The notes under the pieces are model-generated. The model worked only from the letters and a program-made list of their open reading frames with translations. It was not told the origin of the DNA and did no database searches. A stretch of DNA of 50,500 bases from contig CALVIH010000004.1 of assembly GCA_944329445.1 (NCBI GenBank), positions 1-50,500 of the forward strand. Reading direction: 5' to 3'. This document shows, piece after piece, positions 42,544 through 50,500 of the stretch. The stretch comes from an uncultured Bacilli bacterium (GTDB lineage Bacteria; Bacillota_I; Bacilli_A; RF39; UBA660). Within the stretch, counting starts at the first letter, position 1, and every line of letters begins with the position of its first letter. Both the position numbers and the translations under genes were made by a program.

Positions 42544-43318
42544 CTTGTTCAATTACCTCCTTTGCCAAATTAAGGTATGCTTCGGTACCCCTGCTCATTG
42601 GATCGTATGCAACGATTGGTTTACCATGAGAAGGTGCCTCCGTTAATCTTATTAATCTAGGTATTAAAGTATTATAAACCCTTTCTTTAAAAAATCCTCT
42701 TATTTCTTCTACAACCTCTAATCCCAAGTTAGTTCTGGAATCTAACATCGTAAGTAAAACCCCCTCTATTTCTAATCCTGGGTTTAGTTTTTTTTGCGCT
42801 AACATAATAGAATTTAAAAGCTGCATTATTCCCTCTAGAGCAAAAAACTCACATTGAACTGGAATTAGAACCGAATTAGCTGCGGTTAAGGCGTTAGTAG
42901 TTAAAAGCCCTAAAGATGGAGGGCAATCAATTATTATAAAATCATATTCGTCCTTAATCAGTGCTAGGGCGATTCTAAGTTGCATGTTCTTTTGAAAGTT
43001 TGGATCTAACTTTGATTTTTCTAGTAATTCTATGTCTGCACCCGCTAGGTTTATGGTTGCAGGAATTATACTTAAGTTTTTAAAATTAGTCCTTATTATA
43101 GCTTGGTTTGCCGTACACCTTCCAAGTAATAAATCATAAATACTCTTATCAACGTCCCCTTTGTTAATGCCAACACCAGTTGACGCATTACCTTGTGGAT
43201 CCAAATCGATAAGCAATACCTTTTTGTTTTGTACACCTAGTGAGGCCGCCAAGTTAATACTAGTGGTCGTCTTACCAACACCACCCTTTTGATTTACCAA
43301 TGCTATTATTCTTGCCAT
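42518..43318 (-). CDS. parA: Chromosome partitioning ATPase ParA/Soj
   Basis: Deviant Walker A NQKGGVGKTT and a full Soj-like sequence. Confidence 0.93.
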   Translation of the reverse strand: MARIIALVNQKGGVGKTTTSINLAASLGVQNKKVLLIDLDPQGNASTGVGINKGDVDKSIYDLLLGRCTANQAIIRTNFKNLSIIPATINLAGADIELLEKSKLDPNFQKNMQLRIALALIKDEYDFIIIDCPPSLGLLTTNALTAANSVLIPVQCEFFALEGIMQLLNSIMLAQKKLNPGLEIEGVLLTMLDSRTNLGLEVVEEIRGFFKERVYNTLIPRLIRLTEAPSHGKPIVAYDPMSRGTEAYLNLAKEVIEQDERRKHEQ

Positions 43319-43407
43319 GCGTCTCACTTCTTTCCTACTTTTATTTATTATTAAATTAACAATACCATTCTATCAAAAAAACAGCATTTTTTAAAGAGTT
43401 TATTCGA

Positions 43408-44340
43408 TTAATTTTGCTTTCTAATTTTATCGGCAAACTCCTTAATCTTTCTAAAACGATGGTTTAAACACGATTTACTCACGTTCGTTCCTGTTTCTAA
43501 TGTTATTATTTTACTTAATTCCAAAAGAGATGTTTCGGGATACCTTTGACGATATTCGGCACTTTCCCTTACTTTTTCATCAAGTAAGTCAAACATGCCT
43601 TTTTCCTTTATAAATTCAATTTCTGAAATAAGTTTATTAGCGGTTGCAACCATCTTTTCAACGTTAGCTTGCTCACAATTATTTAAACGGTTAGTCATGT
43701 TTATCTTTTCTCGGTACACCCGAATTTCTTCGTAATACATGACTCCGTTATAAGCTCTTATAAGCCTTAAGAAATCACTTATTTTTTCAGCTTCTTTGAT
43801 ATATATCATATAACCTTTTTTACGGTGTAATATTTTACTATTTAAATTATTATCATTTAATAGTGAATTTAAAAACTTAGCATACTGTGTATCATTTATT
43901 AAAAACTCCAAATGATACCTAGAAGTTTTTGGGTCGTTTAAACTACCAGAAACCAAAAATACACCCCTTAAGTATGCCCTTGTTAATTCTTCATCAGATA
44001 ACAAAGACTCATTCGGGATTCTAAGTAACTGGTTCTTATCATTTACTATTCCTAAATCTCTTAATACTTTTAAAGTATCTCTTTTTAACTCCAAAACATA
44101 AATTTCATTCTTCTTAAAGTTGTAGTTTTTCCTTAAAGATATGTTTAAATTAATATCATACAAAATTTTAAACAAACCAAAAATACGATTCGCAACAAAC
44201 TTATTTTCAGTTTGAATTTTTATGTTATATATTTTTATTTCTGCACTTGTTCTAATTATCCCAGATAATTCAGATAAGTATTCGGCCCTGGTGCACTCGG
44301 TTGTACTAACTTCTTTTTTTATTTTACTTGAAAACGTCAT
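43408..44340 (-). CDS. whiA: DNA-binding protein WhiA
   Basis: 310 aa. It aligns by eye along its whole length with B. subtilis WhiA (YLRGVFLVSGSLNDPKTSRYHLEF..., RKKGYMIYIKEAEKISDFL, NRLNNCEQAN, NHRFRKI). Confidence 0.9.
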   Translation of the reverse strand: MTFSSKIKKEVSTTECTRAEYLSELSGIIRTSAEIKIYNIKIQTENKFVANRIFGLFKILYDINLNISLRKNYNFKKNEIYVLELKRDTLKVLRDLGIVNDKNQLLRIPNESLLSDEELTRAYLRGVFLVSGSLNDPKTSRYHLEFLINDTQYAKFLNSLLNDNNLNSKILHRKKGYMIYIKEAEKISDFLRLIRAYNGVMYYEEIRVYREKINMTNRLNNCEQANVEKMVATANKLISEIEFIKEKGMFDLLDEKVRESAEYRQRYPETSLLELSKIITLETGTNVSKSCLNHRFRKIKEFADKIRKQN

Positions 44341-44410
44341 ACCATCACTTCCTTACCATAAGAATTATATCAGATAATGGTTTCTTTTTCAACATATCCG
44401 GGTGTTTTTA

Positions 44411-44439
44411 TTGACTTAAATTTAAAAAACAAATATAAT
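44411..44439 (+). promoter_or_regulatory. SigmaA promoter of the 324-aa plus-strand gene
   Basis: TTGACT (44411-44416), a 17-nt spacer, then TATAAT (44434-44439). Confidence 0.65.
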
Positions 44440-44464
44440 AGGTAAACAAGAAAGGAAAGAAATC

Positions 44465-45439
44465 ATGGATAAGACTATAGAAATACCAAAATTAACAATA
44501 TTAACAGAAGAACAAGTTTATGGAAATAATAAATTAAACATATTTAACGTAATAGACCCAAGAGCAGCGGTTAGTGATACTGCTATTTTAAGAGGGGCTT
44601 TCGTGTCGGATTATCATACAGCTAATGATAATTCATTATCAGGAAGGACCGGTAGTTATTGGCTTCAAAATTCATTAGGTTCTAAATATGCATATGCAGA
44701 AGTTGTTACCAAGCACGGATATACAACTTATTATTCTAGTAATGCACGTAGTACAGGTATACGTGCTGCTTTACCATACTCACAAATAAAAAATTTTCCA
44801 CATACACTTGAATCAAGCCTTATATATGATTCAATCTTTGGTTCATATACAAGCCCCGAAAGATTAGAAGTAATAACTTATGGATATTATCCTGGTGCAG
44901 CAGTAGATAATGTAATGCAACAAACGCTTGAGGCTGCATATAATTCTAAAACTTTAAAAAAGCTTGAGGTTGGTTACACTTTTGATGGCAGAAAATGTAA
45001 CGATTATAATAAAGATTTTTCACCAGAAAAACAAGAGTGTTTTGTATTCTATGATGGAAAAATATATACCAGGATAAAAGCTAATTTTCATCCTATTTAT
45101 GGAAATCACATTCTTTCTAATGGCGAAGAATATAAAGATGGTGACTATGTTTGGGTTAAAATCGAGCCAATCGTTTGGTTAAAGCATCCACTTGATGATG
45201 TCATGATAAGTGAAAAAGAGATACTAGCAGGTGTTAGATTTTCAGAATTAAAATGGTTTTTAGATAATTATTTATCTAAAGATATTCTTTCTTTATATGA
45301 GCTAAAAAAATATATTAATAAGAATAATTATAGTGATGATGAAATAAAAACGATAAATAATTTTATTTATCTTAATGAAAATGGTAATCCTATAAAGAAA
45401 AAGAAAATAATTGTTAAAGCAAAAAGGGAGTCTAATTAA
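44465..45439 (+). CDS. Hypothetical protein with DUF6273-like motifs
   Basis: YWLQNS...GIRAALPYS and EPIVWLKHP...ISEKEILAGVRF resemble the DUF6273 pattern (WLRS...GVRPA; EPIEWRVL). No signal peptide. Confidence 0.45.
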   Translation: MDKTIEIPKLTILTEEQVYGNNKLNIFNVIDPRAAVSDTAILRGAFVSDYHTANDNSLSGRTGSYWLQNSLGSKYAYAEVVTKHGYTTYYSSNARSTGIRAALPYSQIKNFPHTLESSLIYDSIFGSYTSPERLEVITYGYYPGAAVDNVMQQTLEAAYNSKTLKKLEVGYTFDGRKCNDYNKDFSPEKQECFVFYDGKIYTRIKANFHPIYGNHILSNGEEYKDGDYVWVKIEPIVWLKHPLDDVMISEKEILAGVRFSELKWFLDNYLSKDILSLYELKKYINKNNYSDDEIKTINNFIYLNENGNPIKKKKIIVKAKRESN

Positions 45440-45455
45440 ATGACTTCCTTTTTTA
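45421..45455. terminator. Bidirectional terminator between the convergent 324-aa gene and the Fic gene
   Basis: AAGGGAGTC, a 9-nt loop, then GACTTCCTT (one G-U), flanked by A5 and T5. Confidence 0.6.
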
Positions 45456-45465
45456 ACCTGAATTT

Positions 45466-46392
45466 TCATAATAAATCTAAATACTTTTTTAACATTTCTA
45501 TTTCAAGTTTGGTTACTAGTTTAACAAAATCTGTATAGTTACCAGTTGTATGAGCTTTGTCTAATGCTTCGTAATACTCTAATCTGTCTTTTTTCTTAAT
45601 TATTACAGGATTATAGTCACTATTCATTAAGTCTAAATTCATTAATAATCTAGAAGTTCTACCATTACCATCAATAAATGGATGTATTTTTACCAACTCT
45701 CCATGAAGTAGTGCTGCTTTAATAATTGGATGATATGATTTCCAAGTCCCATAATTTACAATTAGTTTTTCCATTAGTTCTGGTACTTTTAAATAATCTG
45801 GAGGAACATGAGAAGCAACTTTAATCATCACGTTTTCTTCTCTATACCTTCCCGCATTTTTATCATCAATATCTTTTAAAATCAATCTATGAATATTCTT
45901 TATATTCCATTCTGTAACGGGATTTTTTTCTTTTACTATGGTTTCTAAATAAAGTATTGCTTTTTCGTGATTAATTACTTCCAAATGTTCTTTTAATGTT
46001 TTTCCACCAATGGTAATTCCTTCTAGAACTACTTGCGTTTCTCTTAATGTTAATGTATTACCTTCTATACCATTACTATTATAAGTCCATTCTAAATTAA
46101 TAGATTCTTTTAACGTTCTTAACGTTTCTTTTGGTAATGGTCTTTTATTATCTAATTCTTTTTTCATATCATCTACTTTATCAAAATAGTCTTTTGGCAA
46201 ATCAATTATAAACCCTTTATTATCTGGCTTGATAGTCCTTTTATCCACTGGCTTAATAGTATAATCAGGAATATTCCAACTATTACCATTTTTTATAGCT
46301 CCTTCAATTCTACCTTCTTCTAATAATTGTCTAATTCGTCTTTCGCTAATATTCCACTTTTTTGCAGCCTCTTTTGTAGCAATAAAATCCAT
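45466..46392 (-). CDS. Fic-family protein (class II, N-terminal HTH)
   Basis: The Fic motif HPFIDGNGRTSR is encoded at 45648-45683. The auto-inhibitory motif SNGIEG ([S/T]xxxE[G/N]) is encoded at 46060-46077. The N-terminus has an excisionase/MerR-like HTH (TKEAAKKWNISERRIRQLLEEGRI). Confidence 0.9.
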   Translation of the reverse strand: MDFIATKEAAKKWNISERRIRQLLEEGRIEGAIKNGNSWNIPDYTIKPVDKRTIKPDNKGFIIDLPKDYFDKVDDMKKELDNKRPLPKETLRTLKESINLEWTYNSNGIEGNTLTLRETQVVLEGITIGGKTLKEHLEVINHEKAILYLETIVKEKNPVTEWNIKNIHRLILKDIDDKNAGRYREENVMIKVASHVPPDYLKVPELMEKLIVNYGTWKSYHPIIKAALLHGELVKIHPFIDGNGRTSRLLMNLDLMNSDYNPVIIKKKDRLEYYEALDKAHTTGNYTDFVKLVTKLEIEMLKKYLDLL

Positions 46393-46410
46393 AGTATCAC
46401 CTCGTTATAT

Positions 46411-46439
46411 ATTATACCGATTGCGGTAGTATAAGTTAA
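46411..46439 (-). promoter_or_regulatory. SigmaA promoter of the Fic gene
   Basis: Minus strand reads TTAACT (46434-46439), a 17-nt spacer, then TATAAT (46411-46416). Confidence 0.55.
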
Positions 46440-46493
46440 TAAAAAGATTTCAATTTAAATGTTGTTTTGATAAATTTTAAAGAAAAAAAAGTT

Positions 46494-46534
46494 AAAACAA
46501 AAAGAAAGTCTAATAACTAACCATTAGACTTTCT
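46494..46534 (-). terminator. Rho-independent terminator of the DUF360-lgt-trxB operon
   Basis: Perfect 12-bp stem AGAAAGTCTAAT/ATTAGACTTTCT with an 8-nt loop and a U-rich tail. One arm encodes the last trxB codons. Confidence 0.8.
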
Positions 46535-47431
46535 TATTTTTTTAATTATGCTTGTTGCCGCTATTGCACCTTCCGAAGTTGCTGTTACAACCTGATATAA
46601 ATCTTTGCTTACCGAGTCTCCCGCAGCGTAAACATTATCATCATTTGTTTTCATTGTACCATCAACAATTATTCCCTTGTTATCAGAATCTAAATTAAGG
46701 TTTTGATAATAGGCAAGTGATGCTTCTTGTCCGATGCATACGAACACGGCACTTACGTCTATCTTTTTTCCATCATCTAAAACTAATCCTGTTACTTGGT
46801 TGGTATTTCCTAATACTTCTTTTACTTTCTTATTTAGTAAAACTTCAACGTTTTCTTTTTTAGTGGCTTCCTTTTCTTTTTCATCAGCCCTCAAAACATT
46901 TGATCTATTTACCACATAGACTTTAGATGCCACATCACTCATGTATGAGGCTGCTTCCATCGCCGAATTACCACCACCGATTATTGCGACGTTCTTACCT
47001 TTATACAAAGCACCATCGCAAACCGCACAATATGATATACCTTTGTTTTCATATCTATCAGCATTTTTTGCATCTAGTTTCCTTGGTGTTTTACCGGTTG
47101 CTATTAAGATGTAATTAGATGTGTATTTATTTTCTTTTGTTATAACAGCATATTTATCATTTTCTTTTTCTATGTTTATTACCTTCTCCGTTTTAAACGG
47201 AACTGAAAGCGCCTCTACTTGTGAATACATCCTAAAAGCAAGCGTTGTTCCATCAACGTCCAAATAACCCGGATAATTTTCTATTTTATGCGTTTTATTT
47301 AAAGTACCACCCGGTGCTGATGCCTCTATTATTAAAGGTGTAATCCCCGCCCTTTTTAAGTATATAGCGGCCGTAAGTCCAGCTGGCCCAGCTCCTATTA
47401 TAATAACGTCATAATCAACACTTGATTTCAT
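46517..47431 (-). CDS. trxB: Thioredoxin-disulfide reductase
   Basis: GAGPAG FAD motif, CAVCDG redox centre and GGGNSA NADPH motif. The start is at MKSSVDYDV. Confidence 0.9.
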   Translation of the reverse strand: MKSSVDYDVIIIGAGPAGLTAAIYLKRAGITPLIIEASAPGGTLNKTHKIENYPGYLDVDGTTLAFRMYSQVEALSVPFKTEKVINIEKENDKYAVITKENKYTSNYILIATGKTPRKLDAKNADRYENKGISYCAVCDGALYKGKNVAIIGGGNSAMEAASYMSDVASKVYVVNRSNVLRADEKEKEATKKENVEVLLNKKVKEVLGNTNQVTGLVLDDGKKIDVSAVFVCIGQEASLAYYQNLNLDSDNKGIIVDGTMKTNDDNVYAAGDSVSKDLYQVVTATSEGAIAATSIIKKIRKSNG

Positions 47432-48224
47432 TTTCTTTAGCCCCCACATCATCATAAGGTTTACACTTAATTTTAGTTATTATAAACATAACTATTCCTA
47501 CAACAACCATAATTATTGAAATAACTTGTGCCATCTTTAAACTACCAAGCATTAAGCTATCGGTTCTAAGTGATTCAACAAAGAATCTTAATACACCATA
47601 CCAAATCAAATATAAGGCGGTAGTATTACCTAATTTTGCTTTTTTAAGACTCCTAAAACCAAATAATACAAAGAAGCCAATTATACAAAAAACTGACTCA
47701 TATAAAAAAGTAGGATGATAATAATGGCCACCTATATGCATTCCATCAATAATAAACTCAGGTAAGTGAAGCCCTTCTAAAAAAGATCTAGTAACAATAC
47801 CGCCATGAGCTTCTCCATTAAAAAAGTTACCCCAACGGCCAATACCTTGTGCCAAAAGTAATGCTGGCGCTGCTATATCTAACATCTTTAAGATGTTAAC
47901 CTGATATTTTTTACAATAAACAACTAGCGTTATTAACCCTGCAATTATACCACCATGTATTGCAAGACCACCATTCCAAATTTTTATTATTTCAATTGGA
48001 GATGATGCATAATAATCAAGGTTAAATAATACGTAATAAATTCTAGCACCTAAAAGCCCGAATACAACACACCAAAAAACTAGGTTTGTAATAAAGCTTG
48101 TTGGAATATTATATTTTTTTGCCTCTCTATTAATGATTATTCCCGCTAAAATAATACCTAATAATATGCATATTGAATACCACGTAATAGTGAGTGGTCC
48201 TAAACTTAAAGCAATTTTGTTCAT
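47415..48224 (-). CDS. lgt: Prolipoprotein diacylglyceryl transferase
   Basis: 269 aa with the GRWGNFFNGEAHG signature. Confidence 0.93.
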   Translation of the reverse strand: MNKIALSLGPLTITWYSICILLGIILAGIIINREAKKYNIPTSFITNLVFWCVVFGLLGARIYYVLFNLDYYASSPIEIIKIWNGGLAIHGGIIAGLITLVVYCKKYQVNILKMLDIAAPALLLAQGIGRWGNFFNGEAHGGIVTRSFLEGLHLPEFIIDGMHIGGHYYHPTFLYESVFCIIGFFVLFGFRSLKKAKLGNTTALYLIWYGVLRFFVESLRTDSLMLGSLKMAQVISIIMVVVGIVMFIITKIKCKPYDDVGAKENEIKC

Positions 48225-48225
48225 T

Positions 48226-48669
48226 TTATCTTTTACACCTTTCTATTAATGGTTTAATTATTAAATTTTCCATAATAACATTCATGATGCTAATAAATAT
48301 CGAGATAATTATAGGAGAAAAAAATCCGGTTAAATAAAAATGCTTCCCTAAAATCAAATCAACTAGCAATAATATAACTACGTTTATAACAAAATAAAAT
48401 AATCCCATTGATAATCCTATTAAAGGTAGTGATATTGTAACAAGCGCCGGCTTTACGGTTTTGTTTAACACGTATATTATAACCGCCGCAATAAATCCAT
48501 ATAAAAAGTTTTCAACGTATAACGACCTAAATAAATTAGACGTAACTAGTAGAATTAAAGCGTATCCTAGCATATAAATAAGCCACTCTAAAAAAGAATT
48601 AAGTCGGTACTCTATTTCTTTTCCATTTGACTTCTTTTTCTTTTTATCGTCGACAATTATTACCTTCAT
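48226..48669 (-). CDS. DUF360 / phage_holin_4_2 family membrane protein (YvlD-like)
   Basis: It aligns by eye with B. subtilis YvlD (VNKTVKPALVTISLPLIGLSMGLFYFVINVV). One nt separates it from the lgt start. Confidence 0.7.
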   Translation of the reverse strand: MKVIIVDDKKKKKSNGKEIEYRLNSFLEWLIYMLGYALILLVTSNLFRSLYVENFLYGFIAAVIIYVLNKTVKPALVTISLPLIGLSMGLFYFVINVVILLLVDLILGKHFYLTGFFSPIIISIFISIMNVIMENLIIKPLIERCKR

Positions 48670-48684
48670 AAAATCACCATTTTA

Positions 48685-48693
48685 ATTATAACA
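48685..48693 (-). promoter_or_regulatory. Extended -10 promoter (TGtTATAAT) for DUF360-lgt-trxB
   Basis: Minus strand reads taTGtTATAATtaaaatGGTGAttttATG. Confidence 0.5.
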
Positions 48694-48727
48694 TAATAGG
48701 TATTAATTATATAAATTTTTTTTCGTC

Positions 48728-48749
48728 AAAAAAAGACCGCCATGGTCCG
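48728..48749 (-). terminator. Probable terminator of the ArpU-like gene
   Basis: A short GC-rich stem (GGACC-AUGGC-GGUCU) is followed by U7 on the minus strand. Confidence 0.5.
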
Positions 48750-48757
48750 AATTAAAA

Positions 48758-49174
48758 TTATTCATTTATTTGTTCAACTCCTAAAGAATACGCAAACCTA
48801 ATTAACGTTTCCTTTTTCTTTATGTAATAGTAACCTAAAGAAAAGCCAAGACTGTTAGCAATGTATCTATCATCATAATTATTTTCTTTATCAAGATATG
48901 TCCAATATATAATTTTTCTTTCATCAGTAGTAAGTTTATTAAAAGAAAAGCGTACGTAATTTATGAATTCTACTCTCTTTTTCTTTTCTATCTCATCTAT
49001 TTTAATATAAGAATTATCAACACCATTTTCACTTAATTCTTCAAGTATAAAATTCTCCCCAATGTTTGACGTGGAGCTACTATCTACGGACAAACTATAA
49101 TATACGTATTTTGATATTATTTGTTCAACGGCTTTTTTGGTGTTTACCCAAGAAATGTTTATTGGTTCTACCAT
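48758..49174 (-). CDS. ArpU-family-like (sigma-70 region-4-type) transcriptional regulator
   Basis: The C-terminus LTTDERKIIYWTYLDKENNYDDRYIANSLGFSLGYYYIKKKETLIRFAYSLG fits the ArpU/region-4 HTH pattern. The start is at the ATG 7 nt from AAAGGAG. Confidence 0.4.
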   Translation of the reverse strand: MVEPINISWVNTKKAVEQIISKYVYYSLSVDSSSTSNIGENFILEELSENGVDNSYIKIDEIEKKKRVEFINYVRFSFNKLTTDERKIIYWTYLDKENNYDDRYIANSLGFSLGYYYIKKKETLIRFAYSLGVEQINE

Positions 49175-49327
49175 AACAACAGCTCCTTTCGTTAAACATT
49201 TTATCATTTTCAAAGTTATAAAAGTTAATGTTTAAACTATAAATAACTCATAAAAAAATAAAGTAAAGATTATCTTTATCTCTACTTTATTATTATCCAT
49301 ATTTTCTATAATACCCTTAATATTTTA

Positions 49328-50500
49328 TTAATTTAATAACTTTTTTAAATACTGGCCAGTATATGATGCTTCGCATTTTGCTATCTTTTCTGGAGTTCCT
49401 TCACAAACAATGGTTCCTCCACCATCTCCTCCTTCTGGTCCTAAATCAATTATGTGATCAGCAACTTTTATGACGTCTAAATTATGCTCGATAACAATTA
49501 CCGTATCTCCGTTATCTACGATTCTATTTAATATTACAAGTAATCTTTTTATATCATGGCTGTGAAGACCAGTTGTTGGTTCATCTAGGATAAACACGCT
49601 TTTACCAGTTGGTTTTTTCTGCAATTCTTTAGCAAGTTTAACACGGGATGCTTCTCCTCCAGATAATGTAGGAGCACTTTGCCCTAGTTTTATATAACCT
49701 AACCCAACATCCATCAGAACTTGTAATTTCCTTTTTATCTTAGGATGATTTTCAAAGAATTCTAGTGCTTCTTCAACACGCATTTGTAAAACATCATATA
49801 TCGTTTTACCTTTGTATTTTACTTCTAAAGTTTCTTTGTTAAAACGCGTTCCACCACAAACTTCACAAGGAACGTATACATCTGGTAAAAAGTTCATGGA
49901 AATCTTCTTAACGCCATCACCCCAGCAGGCTTCGCAGCGTCCTCCTTTAACATTGAAAGAAAATCTACCTTTTTCATATCCTCTTATCTTAGCTTCTTTT
50001 GTGTTAGCAAAAACATCCCTTATATCATCAAACACACCAACGTAAGTAGCAGGGTTACTACGAGGAGTCCTTCCGATAGGGTCTTGAGTTATATCAACTA
50101 CCTTATCTACGTTTTCTAGTCCCTTAATACTTCTATGTTTTCCTGGTATTACTTTTGATCCATAAACATTTAACGCTAATGCTTTGTATAGAATTTGGTT
50201 TATCAAACTACTCTTACCAGAGCCCGATACACCGGTTACAACAATAAACTTTCCAAGCGGAAACTTAACGTTTATGTTTTTTAAGTTGTTTTCTTTTGCA
50301 CCTTTTATTTCGATGAATTTACCATTACCTTTTCTTCTCTTTTTAGGAACTTCTATTTTCTTTCTTCCGGATAAATAATCACCAGTTAAACTATTTTTGT
50401 TTTTCATAACCTCATCAGGAGTGCCACATGCTACTATCTCACCACCATGATCTCCCGCTCCTGGGCCAACATCAACCAAATAATCTGCTTGTAGCATCGT
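49328..50500 (-). CDS. uvrA: Excinuclease ABC subunit A, C-terminal part (gene continues beyond the right edge)
   Basis: [10 protein letters not shown] Walker A, zinc module CEACWGDG...CEVCGG, and the LSGGE ABC signature followed by [10 protein letters not shown]. Confidence 0.96.
   Translation of the reverse strand, partial: TMLQADYLVDVGPGAGDHGGEIVACGTPDEVMKNKNSLTGDYLSGRKKIEVPKKRRKGNGKFIEIKGAKENNLKNINVKFPLGKFIVVTGVSGSGKSSLINQILYKALALNVYGSKVIPGKHRSIKGLENVDKVVDITQDPIGRTPRSNPATYVGVFDDIRDVFANTKEAKIRGYEKGRFSFNVKGGRCEACWGDGVKKISMNFLPDVYVPCEVCGGTRFNKETLEVKYKGKTIYDVLQMRVEEALEFFENHPKIKRKLQVLMDVGLGYIKLGQSAPTLSGGEASRVKLAKELQKKPTGKSVFILDEPTTGLHSHDIKRLLVILNRIVDNGDTVIVIEHNLDVIKVADHIIDLGPEGGDGGGTIVCEGTPEKIAKCEASYTGQYLKKLLN

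Noticed and set aside
46415-46428. Inverted repeat TACCG-attg-CGGTA inside the Fic promoter spacer, as a possible operator for the Fic HTH.
   Set aside because: It forms only 5 bp per arm. That is too short to distinguish from chance without binding data or conservation, so I note it only as a hint.
1-50500. Search for CRISPR arrays, tRNA/rRNA genes, IS elements, integrases, restriction-modification genes or known multi-gene defence systems.
   Set aside because: I saw no spaced direct repeats, cloverleaf-capable intergenic regions, transposase or recombinase-like ORFs, or defence-type gene sets. Intergenic regions are short and are accounted for by promoters and terminators.

Overview
The window is a gene-dense, AT-rich (about 30% G+C by eye) chromosomal segment of a low-GC, spore-forming Bacillota genome; spo0A, gerQ and whiA are all present. 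The compact synteny suggests an Erysipelotrichia- or Bacilli-like organism, but I cannot assign a taxon from sequence alone. About 50 of 55 genes lie on the minus strand, and many are packed with 1-35 nt overlaps.

Content from left to right:
- The 5' half of the S10 ribosomal-protein operon (rpsJ to rpsC), with a consensus promoter and a structured leader.
- An ORF6N-domain gene on the opposite strand, a BI-1 family protein and spo0A.
- A rearranged glycolytic cluster: gapA, then an Ig-like surface protein, then pgk, a flippase-like gene, a GT4 glycosyltransferase and tpiA.
- A TGS/uridine-kinase-family protein and clpP.
- A small envelope cluster: two TasA/camelysin-like secreted proteins and a lipoprotein.
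- cysS, a clpC-type AAA+ gene and a two-gene YfcC-type transporter.
- dusB, femAB-family, pduL, gerQ, lemA, an EEP-family gene with ung, and rlmH.
- The origin-proximal block: dnaB-rplI, rpsF-ssb-rpsR, ychF and whiA-parA-parB-mscS-DUF951-abgT.
- A Fic-protein islet, then trxB-lgt, an ArpU-like regulator and the 3' part of uvrA.

I saw no rRNA, tRNA, CRISPR array, transposase, integrase or recognisable multi-gene defence system.

The most unusual observations:
1. A G8 homopolymer inside the spacer of a perfect-consensus promoter for a lipoprotein gene, which is a candidate phase switch.
2. Glycolipid and envelope genes translationally coupled between pgk and tpiA.
3. A ClpC-type protein whose second AAA+ module has lost its catalytic residues.
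4. A YfcC-type transporter split into two coupled genes with an added TM2 domain.
5. A class II Fic protein with an N-terminal HTH, sitting in a two-gene islet.

Motif-level coordinates were counted by hand and may be off by 1-2 nt. All family assignments come from reading the translations, not from database searches.
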